64,000 nt of DNA from NCBI GenBank assembly GCA_964016885.1, contig OZ024748.1, positions 20,460,001-20,524,000 of the forward strand, written 5' to 3'. A program made the position numbers and the translations under genes. Within the stretch, counting starts at the first letter, position 1; every line of letters begins with the position of its first letter. This stretch comes from Eledone cirrhosa. Lineage: Eukaryota. Below the pieces are notes generated by a model that searched no databases, had not been told where the DNA came from, and worked only from the letters and a program-made list of their open reading frames with translations. Shown here one piece after another: positions 40,369 through 52,702 of this stretch.

Positions 40369-40852
40369 AAGTCATATAAAATACAACAGTAAACAAAACA
40401 AAATTAATTGTCAGAATATTACATATGCTGAAAATAGTAACAAGATAGCTCCACCTATATATAGTTGAGGAAATAATTCTGTTAGCTTCATACCTTTTAT
40501 CTAATCAAGCTGAACTGAGACCCTCCCTAAACTCGGACTTAATACATCATCATCATCACCATCATCATACTCATTTTCAACATTAACAGCAACAGAAAAG
40601 CCCACTTTCATTGTATATCATCATCATCCTCATCATACATATCACCCCCTCCACCACCACCACCATCATCATCTCACTCATCATCATCATCATCATTTTC
40701 AACATTGCCAACAGTAAAAGATCACTTTCAATATATATCATTCCTCACACCTTTAATTTTTATTTTTTAAATCTGTTTGAATGAAACCAATAAGGAAATC
40801 TGTGCAGGGTAACTCAACATGCTAAAAATAGCAGCCAAATCAGATAGAGATA

Positions 40853-41249
40853 ATCATCATCATCATCATCATCATTTTACGTCCGCTTTTCTCTGCTTGC
40901 AAGGGTGGGACGGGAACTGATTCTGGCTTGATTTCTACAGCTGGATGCCCTTCCTAACACCAACCTCATTTACAGTGAGGGCTGGGTGATTTTTTTCTCT
41001 GTGGCGCCTCCACGACCACTTTACAGTGTGGGCTGGGTGCTTTTTTGCCATGGTACCTCCACGACCACTTTGCAGTGGAATGATAGGGACCCCAGTCTTT
41101 ATCATCTCATTTCTACAGCTGAGTAAACTGGAGCAATGTGAAATAAAGTGTCTTGCTCAAGGAAACAACACATCACCCGGTCTGAGAATTGAACTCACAA
41201 CCTTTCGATTGCTAGCCCAATGCTCTAACCACTAAGCCATGTGCCTCCA
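40853..41249 (-). mobile_element. SINE family 2 with an internal duplication of about 48 bp
   Basis: cctccacgaccacttt unit occurs twice. Confidence 0.85.
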
Positions 41250-41264
41250 TAATAATATATATAT

Positions 41265-41323
<59 letters not shown>

Positions 41324-41566
41324 AGTGTGAGAGAGAGAAGAGAGTGAGAGAGAGAGAGAGAGGATAGAGTAAAGACAGAAGATAGAACGAGATAGAGAGA
41401 GAGATAGGTAGAGAGTGTGAAAAAGAGACAGAGTGTGAGAGTGTGAGATAGAGACAGATAGAGAGAAATAGGAGAGAGAGAGAGAGAGTGAGATATATAT
41501 ATAGAGAGAGATGGAGAGACAGAGTAGGGGGGAGTAAATGTCTCTCAGAGAGAAAGGTGATTCCTG

Positions 41567-42690
41567 TCGGCTGAAAAGCTGGTTATAAAGGAGTGATGCG
41601 AGAGCTGTGAAATCTTGTATGCATTAATTTCAACTCTTCTTATTAATAACTACATTGTTTCTTTCCAGAAATTATATTGAAAAATAATCCTCATTTGGTC
41701 ATTCCATGAGAGTATCTTGGTTAGCCTATGAAGGAGTGGTACTAGAGCTGTGAAATCTTGTATGCATTAATTTTAACTCTTCTTACTAATTATTGAAAAA
41801 TAAACCTCATTTGGTCATCCATGAGAGTATCTTGGTTAGCCTATGAAGGAGTGGTACTAGAGCTGTGAAATCTTGTATGCATTAATTTTAACTCTTCTTA
41901 CTAATAACTACATTGTTTCTTTCCAGAAATTATATTGAAAAATAAACCTCATTTGGTCATCCATGAGAGTATCTTGGTCAGCCTATGAAGGAGTGGTACT
42001 AGAGATGTGAAATCTTGTATGCATTAATTTTAACTCTTCTTATTAATAACTACATTGTTTCTTTCCAGAAATTATATTGAAAAATAAACCTCACTTGGTC
42101 ATTCCATGAGAGTATCTTGGTTAGCCTATGAAGGAGTGGTACTAGAGCTGTGAAATCTTGTATGCATTAATTTTAACTCTTCTTATTAATAACTATATTG
42201 TTTCTTTCCAGAAATTATATTGAAAAATAAACCTCACTTGGTCATTCCATGAGAGTATCTTGGTTAGCCTATGAAGGAGTGGTACTAGAGCTGTGAAATC
42301 TTGTATGCATTAATTTTAACTCTTCTTATTAATAACTACATTGTTTCTTTCCAGATATTATATTGAAAAATAAACCTCACTTGGTCATTCCATGAGAGTA
42401 TCTTGGTTAGCCTATGAAGGAGTGGTACTAGAGCTGTGAAATCTTGTATGCATTAATTTTAACTCTTCTTATTAATAACTACATTGTTTCTTTCCAGAAA
42501 TTATATTGAAAAATAAACCTCATTTGGTCATCCATGAGAGTATCTTGGTCAGCCTATGAAGGAGTGGTACTAGAGCTGTGAAATCTTGTATGCATTAATT
42601 TTAACTCTTCTTACTAATTATTGAAAAATAAACCTCACTTGGTCATTCCATGAGAGTATCTTGGTCAGCCTATGAACCTTTCATCCAACC
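41567..42690. repeat. About 143-bp tandem array inside a mariner-like MITE
   Basis: About 8 units; ends gtcagcctatgaacctttca; related single copy at 36840-36930. Confidence 0.85.
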
Positions 42691-43379
42691 ATCATATGTA
42701 AATTCCTTACAAATATCACATGAAAAGTGTTCACTGCCAATGTTCAGTTATCTAATGTAAACACACAGCTGATCAAATCATGTTGACACAAACAGATTAC
42801 ATTGTTAACTGTTGCTGTTGCTGTTGTTATTGTCTTTACTGAAGAACAATAACTACTTGATGATGATTGTGATGTAGGTGGTGGTGGTGGTGATGATGGT
42901 GGTAGTGGTGGTGTTGGTGGTAATGGTAATGGTGGTGTTGGTGGTAATGGTGCACTGATTGTTGTGGTGGTGTTGTGGTGGCGATGTAGGTGGTGGTGGT
43001 GGTGATGGTGGTGGTGGTGGTGGTCATGTTGATGGTAGTGGTGGTGTTGGTGGTGTTGGTGGGTTGATAGTGGTGGTGGTGAAGGTGGTGTGGTGTTAGT
43101 GGTGGTGATGTGGTCGCAATGATGTTGATGAAGGAAGAGATGGTGGTGGTGTCTTGTATGTTATTAAATCCTTCCAAAATCTTATTTAATTTCAAAATGA
43201 TTTGAAAATCTTAATCAGTTCGTTTCATTTGTAATATAGCAATGAAATAATTAAACAGTGATCACAACAGCTAGCATCAGGATTGGAAGAGCAGTGTATA
43301 CATGTATTTCACATTTGTTACTTCTCATGAGCGCTCGCTTACTTATGTCCAGATATTGAGGTATAAAAGACACTGATGT

Positions 43380-43835
43380 CAAATAGATTTTGTAAACAAA
43401 CTCTTCTTATTTGCAGCACTGATTTTTGGCAACAAACCTATTGAGTGCAAGTCAAAGATCATCTTCTGTCGAGTTAAGTAACACCATGTCATCTGTAAAT
43501 TTCAGCCAACTGGTTTTACACCTGCCAGTTGTGATACCACTTCCACCCCAGCTGCACATGTCAATTCTGTTCATGAAAATAATGAACAGGAGAGGTGACA
43601 GTACATACCCTTGGTAGATGTCCGACTCCCACATTGAATAGTTTCGATTTAGCCCCATATATCTGAACACAAATACTTGGGCATTTGTATAGAAACATCA
43701 GGGCAGTAAGAAGCTGACCATCAATCCCATATACCACAGCAGGTCCCAAGGAACGTGGTCATATGCCTTTTTAAGGTTGACAAAACAAGAATATTCTTCT
43801 TGGCAATACTCCCACGATTTCTTGAATATCTGCCT
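43380..43835 (-). pseudogene. Decayed non-LTR RT fragment
   Basis: QGYVLSPLLFIIFM..LKFTDD. Confidence 0.75.
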
Positions 43836-44097
43836 TAACTTCACATCTCAATAAAAGATTGAATTAACCAGAGCTCAAAGTATTGAAATTCCCCCTCCTC
43901 CTCCCATTTCTTCTATACATCTGTTACCAGTGCCATCATGAAGTTTCTCCTCCAGTTCACCCTATTGCTGTCTGAATTTCCCCTGCCTCCAACTCAGTAT
44001 CATCTTCAATAACATCCTTCAGTATTGTGGTTGGTCTCCCAACTCATCTGCATGCATCAGGTTTCCAGAAAAAGAGAATTCCTACTTAGAGAGATAA

Positions 44098-44285
44098 CTG
44101 TTTCTACTTTAGGCACAAGGCCAGCAATTACCCAGAGTGCATTATTGGTACTTTATTTTATCGACCCCGTAAGGATGAAAGGCAAAGTCAACCTCGGCGG
44201 GATTTGAACTCAGATCGTAAAGGGACGTAACTATGCTGGAAAGCATGGCGTCCGACCCTCTACCGATACTGCCAATCCACCGCCC
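44098..44285 (-). mobile_element. SINE family 1
   Basis: Full length; further copies at 46592-46779, 47973-48132 and 51608-51793. Confidence 0.85.
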
Positions 44286-46019
44286 TTTTAAATGAAAATA
44301 AATAGAAATAATAATTGCTGCAATTATAGCTTGTCACCACCGCTGCCCCTGCCTCCCCCTACCACAATTATCACACTACCAACAACAACAACAAAGCTAC
44401 AACACCACCACCACAACCATAACTGCCACACCACCATTATAGCTGTCATTGCAACCACCATACAGTGTATCTAGGGCATTTTAAATCTAGTGGAGCCAAT
44501 CCACTCTCCAGAGAAGGAAAGAGAGTGATAGAGAGAAAGTGAGAAAGAAATATTAAGGAAGAATTGACGCTAATATGGGACTGGTACTGTCTTTTACCAT
44601 ACCAACTTTAAAAGGATGAAAGGTATATGAAACATCAAGTCTGTTACTTGATACAGTGTGTCTAGGTGTCATTGTAACTACTTTTGCTGCATTAGCTATT
44701 AAAATATTTCCTCATATAGGAAAACAATAAACAATTAAATGAAAACAAAAGGGAAATAATCCCAGAAGAGAGTGAGTAGCTCCTGTACAGACTTCTCAAA
44801 CAGCTAGAAGTAAGTCAAATCTCTCTGTGATACAAGCCAATAAGGCATACTTTACATGGTTACTACACTAAAAATAGCAGCCAAATCTCCCTAAAAAGAT
44901 GTAATGATTACAACTGTGTACATAGTATAGTAACCATGTAAAATTTGTATTAAGATTTCCTGTTATAATGGTCTTCCAGGCATGACCATCCGGTCTTCTA
45001 TATCTAAGACTACATTGTCTAATATATCTTACAATTTTTTTAAAGACTGTATGGTGTGACTATAGGGAGATTTGGTTGTTATTTCTAGCAGGTCTATAAA
45101 AGCTACATGGACTAAACAACTACAACAATAACAACAACAGAAAGAAAATCATCTGCTGTTTGTTACATAGTACATTACACAGTTTGACATGGTATGGAGG
45201 TGTATTTCTTGGTTCTAAATCAATCAGAAATATAGTAGATTTGCTGTTCTGACGACCTGTTCCTTAATATTTCATTAGCTTCTCCCTAGATCTACTCTCA
45301 CAGGAAAATTTCAAGAAATATTTCCCATTTTTCAGGGGGTTTAAGATAGAAACTTTCTTGTGTGTGTGTGGCTAGATATGCAAGTTTTCAAAAATAAAAT
45401 GAAAAAGCAGCTATTTTGTCATCAAAGGAATTCAAAATAATAAGTGCTTCTACTTTAGGCACAAGGCCAGCAATTTTGGGAGTGGGGAATGTCAATTAAA
45501 TCGACCTCAGTACATTACTTTATTTTAACAACCCTATAAAGATGAAAGGCAAATCTAACCCCAACCAGATAAAAAGCATTGTCTCCTCTGTATACCTTGT
45601 TTATATGCATATTTATGGTGATAAAATGACTGATGGCAGTGTATGGCTTCTAATCATTCTTAAAACGAAATTTTTTTACGTGCCGTTTATTACGTAATCA
45701 TCAAGTTAATGGAAATACAATCACAAACATCTCTAGTCAGTCTTTATTTTTTTCCTTTATCTAACCATACCAGATATTTAACTCCTAACCGTCACTCATG
45801 ACTTAGCAGAAAATATTTAAAAACTGGTTTGTAAATTCAATTATTTATACTTTTGTAAAAATTTGAAGTACATAGTCTGTAATACATTAATTTTATGATG
45901 ATGATGATGATGAAATAACTTATAAAAACAAACAGCAAAATAGTAAAGATTTCTTCAATGTTACTGTCACCTCTCCCTTGTACCTTGCCAAAAAATGTTG
46001 GTCAGAGATTCATAATCAC

Positions 46020-46143
46020 CTTAGTAGCTCCAATTTGGTATTTAGTATGATCATCTGGATGTTGGGTCAGCAAGATTTTAAGGGAAATATCTGAGGGCAA
46101 GTCTGAGGTCTTGATTTTTTTTTTCTTCAGCAGGCACTTGTAT
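46020..46143 (-). CDS. Exon of an unconventional myosin (end of motor/converter), myosin XV-like
   Basis: Minus strand ...tatatatttag|ATACAAG...GCTACTAAG|gtgatt; 124 nt (1+41 codons) = (R)YKCLLKKKKIKTSDLPSDISLKILLTQHPDDHTKYQIGATK, matching the myosin RY..LL...YQxGxTK motif; joins in phase 0 to the next exon. Confidence 0.9.
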
Positions 46144-47003
46144 CTAAATATATATTAAAAAAAAAGATATTTTATAGTCAAAGTTTGGGTGTTACAGATG
46201 TAATGATATGGTTACATGGATCATTCCACAGATGTACAGATGTCAGTATATGAAGACATAATTAAACAAATGTAATGGTAATGGCTAATAAGATCAGATG
46301 CTTCTCCAGATGTTAGTGTGTGGACACATCTATCACTTAGTGGTACAGATGTTAGTGTGTTGACACATCTATTACACAGTGCTACAGATGTACAGATGTT
46401 AATGTGTTGACACATATATCACACAGTGCTACAGATGTACAGATGTTAGTGTGTTGACACATCTATTATATAGTGCTACAGATGTTAGTGTGTTGACACA
46501 TGGATTGGCTACATTATTGACCTTGCAAGAATAAAAGGTAAAGTTGACCTCAGCAAAATTTAAACTTAGAGTGAAGTAAGACATAACAAATAATTGTTTC
46601 TACTTTTAGCACAAGGCCAGCAAATACCCAGTACATTACTGGTACTTTATTTTATCGATCCCTTAAGGATGAAAGGCAAAGTTAACCTCGGCGGGATTTG
46701 AACTCAGAGTGTAAAGGGACGTAATTATGCTAGAAAGCATGGTGTCCAACCCTCTACCGATACTGCCAATTCACCGCCCTAAGACATAACAAATAATATG
46801 CCCTTTTTAATCTGACACTTTCATGACAGTCAATTTGCCATCACATATGTGTGAAAATGTGTGTGTATGTGTGTATTGAAGTTATTTCTGTATGCATACA
46901 CTATAGAGATAACCAAAAACTGTATAAACATGTATATATATTTACACATTTTTAGTATATAGACATGTAAATATGCTAAATATACATATCTCCTTGTAAA
47001 TTG

Positions 47004-47060
<57 letters not shown>

Positions 47061-47162
47061 AAAACACATTTTTTAAATGAAAAAAACAAGATGTTCTACA
47101 CAAGTGAAAGTATAAGGAAAAGAAATCGAAAATGTATCCAGTTGCATTTTTTTATTTCTTTT

Positions 47163-47207
<45 letters not shown>

Positions 47208-47211
<4 letters not shown>

Positions 47212-47578
47212 ATGAAGCATTGTGTAATGAGGTATAAACGTTTGAATTTGTAAAGCCAAACAATGCAGGTATGGACATAGAATAAAAATGCAAATGCAAA
47301 AGATATTGTTGACAATTAGTCTTTTACCTTAGATTTATTTAAATGTCCTTAATTGTCAAGATAATAGCTTGCCAAGTCATGCTGTCAGCATGACTTGGTA
47401 AGCTATTTAGAACACTGGTTTAACCGCTTTACTTCCCGCCGAAGAAGAGATATTATCTTGAAAATTAAGGACATTTAAATAAATCTAAGGTAAAAGACTA
47501 ATTGTCAACAATATCGTTTGCATTTGCATTTTTATTCTATGTCCATACCTGCATTGTTTGGCTTTACAAATTCAAACG

Positions 47579-47585
<7 letters not shown>
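47208..47585. mobile_element. Fold-back element family W with a nested second hairpin
   Basis: About 130-bp arms 47235-47365/47452-47582; inner hairpin ATAGCTTGCCAAGTCATGCTG-T-CAGCATGACTTGGTAAGCTAT; degenerate core CCGAAGA..GAAAATTA. Confidence 0.75.
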
Positions 47586-47631
<46 letters not shown>

Positions 47632-47632
<1 letters not shown>

Positions 47633-47732
47633 GGGGTCCTGACACTTTCATATTACTCACTCTACTACTCCATGTATCGATTTCTCTGGTGAGTAATGAT
47701 CTAAACAGGTTTTACTGCATGCATTTTGATTT
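47632..47732 (+). mobile_element. Family A tail-only fragment
   Basis: ggggtcctgacactttcatattactcactctactac.. resembles 195-285. Confidence 0.6.
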
Positions 47733-48804
47733 ATATATATACACATGTTGTGTGTGTGTGTATGCACACTCCTTTTTCTTAGCTCCCACCTAAAAAACAC
47801 CTGTAGTTTTTGACTAGCAATAAATATTTCACCTTCCTCTCATAAAGGATTCTCATACAAAACAGAATTTAGACAATAACTTTACTTCATGTAAAAATAA
47901 ATCTATTTGATATTACAAACATTTGTTTTGTCTTCTCAAAATCTGATTTGTAAAACTGCTAACAATCAAATAATTGTTTCTACTTTTGGCACAAGGCCAG
48001 CAATTAACCAGTACATTACTGGTACTTTATTTAATGACCCCGTAAGGATGAAAGGCAAAGTTAACGTCGGCGGGATTTGAACTCAGATCGTAAAGAGACG
48101 TAACTCTTTGCGTCAAAGCATGGCGTCCGATGACCATTAATAACAAGGAGTGAATGGTTAGTTTGTGAATAGGGTGTGTACAGCTCATCATAAAATGATG
48201 AAATATCATTTTAGATTTGGACCAAGATATAAATAGAAAATGATCAAAAACTATCAGGGTTAGGTTCAAGAGATTTTTGATCTTCTGATTGTGTTTAAAT
48301 ATAGGTTAGGACAATTGACAGATTAAGTTACTGTAAAGTGGTTGTGTAGGCAACATGGCAAAAAGCACCCAGCACACACTGTAAATGTGGTTGGCATTAG
48401 GAAGGGCATCCAGCCATAGAAACCAAACCAAATCAGTTCTGTGTGAGCGAATTCACGGTCCTACGATCTGATCCCTCACAAAGGGACAGCTCATCCTACC
48501 CATGCTAACGTGGAAGATGGACGTTAAACGATGATGATGATATATGTTAAAAAAGAAAATTCTGAGGATAATAGAAATATAGAAATATAAAATGGCAGAA
48601 ACAAAAAAAAAATAAAATAAAATAAAAACAACGTAATTTAATCAAATTTTGTGTTTTGCAATGTATAGCTTCAATACATTTGGCTGTTATTTCTAGCAGG
48701 TCTATAAAGACTATTTCAAGGGTGGGGCCTCTATATAAAATTAGACTGGACAATTGATCAACTTTCTTGAAGCTACCAACAAAGAGTTTGTATTATTATT
48801 TGGA

Positions 48805-49370
48805 CACCATGCTTTGCAGCATACTCGTATAGTTATGGTTTTTTATGTTCCGAGTTCAAATCCCGCTTAGGTTAGCATTGCTTTTCATCTTTAGAGGGTC
48901 AATAAAATAAAGTACCAGTAATGTACTGATGTTGATTTAATCGACTTTCCCCTGTTCCCAAATTGTTAGCCTTGAGCCTATAGTATAAATCATTATTATC
49001 GGTAGAGGGTCGGACGCCATGCTTTCCAGCATAGTTATGTCCCTTTGCGATCTGAGTTCAAATCCCGCCGAGGTTGACTTTGCCTTTCATCCTTATGGGG
49101 TCGATAAAATAAGGTACCAGTAATGAACTGGGTAATTGCTGGCCTTGTGCCTAAAGTAGAAACAATTATTATTTGAACAATATGCTTTGCACATATAGTT
49201 ACGCCTCTTTACATTATGAGTTCAAATCCTGCCGAGGTTAGCTTTGCCTTTCATCCTTACAGGGTCAATAAAATAAAGTACCAATAATGCACTAGGGTCG
49301 ATTTAATCGACTAGCCCCTCCACCCACCAAATGTGTTGGCTTTGTGTCTAAATCAGAAACCATTATTATT
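48805..49370 (+). mobile_element. Three tandem SINE family 1 copies
   Basis: Repeated gagttcaaatcc..gcctttcatcc cores. Confidence 0.8.
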
Positions 49371-50954
49371 ATTATTTTGTTTTTTGTTTTAATTGAGAAA
49401 ACATTTTCAGTTAGCCTATGTAAAAATCTTGAAAATATTCTTGAAAATATTTTGTATAAAAGTAACACTGAGAAGTGGACAGAGTGGGTCTTAAAACCAA
49501 CCCAGACACCTAGGTGACACTGACTAACAGACTGCTAAGGGCAAAAGGCAGGTTTTCACACTTGGAGGGCAGTAACTTCAAATAAGGACTGATGTGGACC
49601 ATAACAACCAATCTAACCCATAGTAGCATCAAAAGTGAACATAAAACGATGATGATGATGATAAGGAGGAGGGGGATACATACATAATTACATAATATAT
49701 AAAGATATAATTATAAACAAAGTTTACTAGCCAAGTCAAAGATAAAATAAAGACTATAGGCAATATATGATTCAAAGTTTGTCAAACCAAAAATTATAAT
49801 ACAAATGATGCAACAAGTGTATTGAGACTAAAAGTTAACCTTACAAGGTCCCATGATAATCTTACTCTCCCCCACATAACAATTCCAGTTATATCTTTCT
49901 TGGTATTTGCTTATCTCTACTTTCTTCCACATTGTTTAAAAACTTATATGTTAAGAAAGCAAGGAACATAGTCCTCAGAATTTATAATAAATAAATTCCC
50001 GAAATGTCAATAAAAATAAAAGTGCCAGTCAAGTAGTGGGGATGATTCTTCCTCTGTATCTTTCTTGCTCCTCTCTCTCTCTCTTTCTCTGACACACACA
50101 CCCACACTCTCTCTCTGAAAGAAATCAGCTGTGTTTAGACCTAGAGAGGGATGGGCTTTGCAAGGTTTAAAATGCCCAACTCATTACAGCAACCCTAGGA
50201 CTTTTTTTACAACCTTGCCACCAGGAAAGTGGCCGGTCAAAAATGTACTCAAAATTAAAAGAAAGAGAAACATAAATTCTAAAAAATATTAAATCAAGGT
50301 TAAAAAACGGTTTTGTTTTTAGTTTCCACAGTTAGTAAGTGACCCCAAAATCTGATACCAAAACCCGATTAACCTTGAAACTGTTTGGAATTTACTACAA
50401 ATAATAAAAAGAAAACAATAGAAAACAAAAGAAAAAAAGATGAAGTAAGAATGTGAAAATGTATTGTTCATTTTTGATGTGTGTTTTGTTTAGAAATATC
50501 AAAACAACTGTCACAAAAGACACCTTTGTTTAAAAAATAAGCTGTCATAAGGTGGGAAGATAAACAAAATAGTCATTGTTCCACCTGTTCATCTCCACAT
50601 TAATATATACACACACATATATAATATACATATATATATACATATATATATATACATATATAGATACACACACATACATATACATATATGGACATATGGT
50701 GCATAAAATTTGATTATAATGTAATGTATGATCATATATTAACCCACTATTTCTTTTTCGTATGCTGTAATCTATGTATATGTATTGTATATATCTATTG
50801 TATATATGTGTGTGTATATATATATATATAGCCAATCCTATTTTCCATACCTATAGACATATATATATATATGTGTGTGTAAAAAATAAATAGAAATAAT
50901 AACACAATCAGTACAGTATATGGAAGGAATATATTAGGTTAACGCTTATATATG

Positions 50955-51168
50955 TATAACAAATTTGATATGGAAATGGCTTCTACAGGACTAGAACTGT
51001 TTCATTTGAAAGAAATCATCAGGAAAGCCCTGATGATTTCCTTCAAATGAAAAAATTCTAGTCCAGTAGAAGCCATTTTCACATATTAGATTTGTTGTTT
51101 ACACTCTCCTAATGTATTGAGTACCTTACTTACTGTGGTAACCCTCAATTGAACCCATGACTCGGATA
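50955..51168 (+). mobile_element. Fold-back element family C, copy 2
   Basis: Homologous to 1863-2061; loop AAAGC; hammerhead core complete on the minus strand 50978-51030. Confidence 0.8.
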
Positions 51169-51509
51169 TCATCATCATCATTTCATTTTACGTCCGCTTT
51201 TCCCTGTTTGCAAGGGTGGGACGGGAACTGATTCTGGCTTGATTTCTACAGCTGGATGCCCTTCCTAACACCAACCTCATTTACAGTGAGTGCTGGGTGC
51301 TTTTTTGCCGTGGCACCTCCACGACCACTTTGCAGTGGAATGATAGGGACCCCAGTCCTTATCATCTCATTTCTACAGCTGAGTAAACTGGAGCAATGTG
51401 AAATAAAGTGTCTTGCTCAAGGAAACAACACATCACCCGGTCTGAGAATTGAACTCACAACCTTTTGATTGCAAGGCCAATGTTCTAACCACTAAGCCAT
51501 GTGCCTCCA
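51167..51509 (-). mobile_element. SINE family 2
   Basis: Full length. Confidence 0.88.
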
Positions 51510-51956
51510 TATATATATATATATATATCCCACACTGTAAATGTGGTTATTGTTAGGAACGGCATCCAGCTGTAAAATACTCAGCCATCCATATATATAT
51601 ATATATAATTGTTTCTACTTTTGGCACAAGGCCATCAATTACCCAGTGCATTACTGGTACTTTATTTTATCGACCCCGTAAAGATGAAAGGCAAAGTTAA
51701 CCTCGGCGGGATTTGAACTCAGACCGCAAAGCGACGTAACTATGCTGGAAAGCATGGCGTTCGACCCTCTACTGATACTGCCAATCCACTGCCCTAATAT
51801 ATATATACATATATATACATATATATATAATGAAAGATTGAAGAATAACATGGTCGGCTGTTCAAAAAGGGTTTTATTTCTAGTATTAACAATTGTTTCA
51901 TTGATTAGGTGAGTCTATCTGGATTACCTATAACTTGTTATCCCATATATATATAT

Positions 51957-52197
51957 AACAAAGGAAATGTGGTAAGGAACCAGGTGGACCATAACGCACC
52001 AAAGTACTCAATACTTAGGGTAGTAGAGTGGGTAATAGGAACAAGTAAGACCCCGACGGTGATTATCACTTTGACCATATATGGAATTACCCCTTGATAA
52101 GCTCGGCTATTTAAATACCAGAATAAATTTTCATTCAGTCCAGAATTAGCCGTCAAAACGGATTGAGCTCAGCCGTCGGGGTCTTACTTGTTCCTAT
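51957..52197. mobile_element. Family A element retaining a degenerate full hammerhead (52089-52182, +)
   Basis: ACCCC-TTGATAA-..cggcta/tagccg..-AAAACGGATTGAGCTCAGCCGT-C-GGGGT. Confidence 0.7.
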
Positions 52198-52199
52198 AT

Positions 52200-52702
52200 A
52201 TCATCATCATCATCATCAACGTTTAACGTCCGTGTTCCACGCTTGCATGGGTTTGGACGGGGGTAGTCCCACTTGAGGCAAGAGTGATTGTCTTGCTCGC
52301 ATAGGACTGTCTGGCAGGTTTTCTACAGTTGGATGCCCTTCCTAACACCAACCACATTTACAGTGTGGGTCTGGGAGGTTTTTACCGTGTTGCCTACACG
52401 GCCACATTACAGCGTGGACTGTGTGTTTTTTTGTCGTGACACCTACACGATCTCATTTGTTTCGGCCTCGATGGCGCGGCACCAACATAACTTTACATAG
52501 AACGGGGTGGTGTGGATCGGGTGGGGGTGGTGGTGGTGGGACGGGGTGTATTTTGTTAGAGATGCCTACTGGCTGGAGTAGGTTTTACTATATATTTAGG
52601 TAAGGCGGGTCTTCTCTGTTACTGAGTACCGCCAAAGGTCTCGGTCCAGTGACATTGTCTTGGAGAGGTGTAAGTGTGTGATGTCGGAGTTTATCAGCTC
52701 GT
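52200..52702 (-). mobile_element. RTE 3' end
   Basis: Reverse complement of 58572-59040. Confidence 0.9.
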
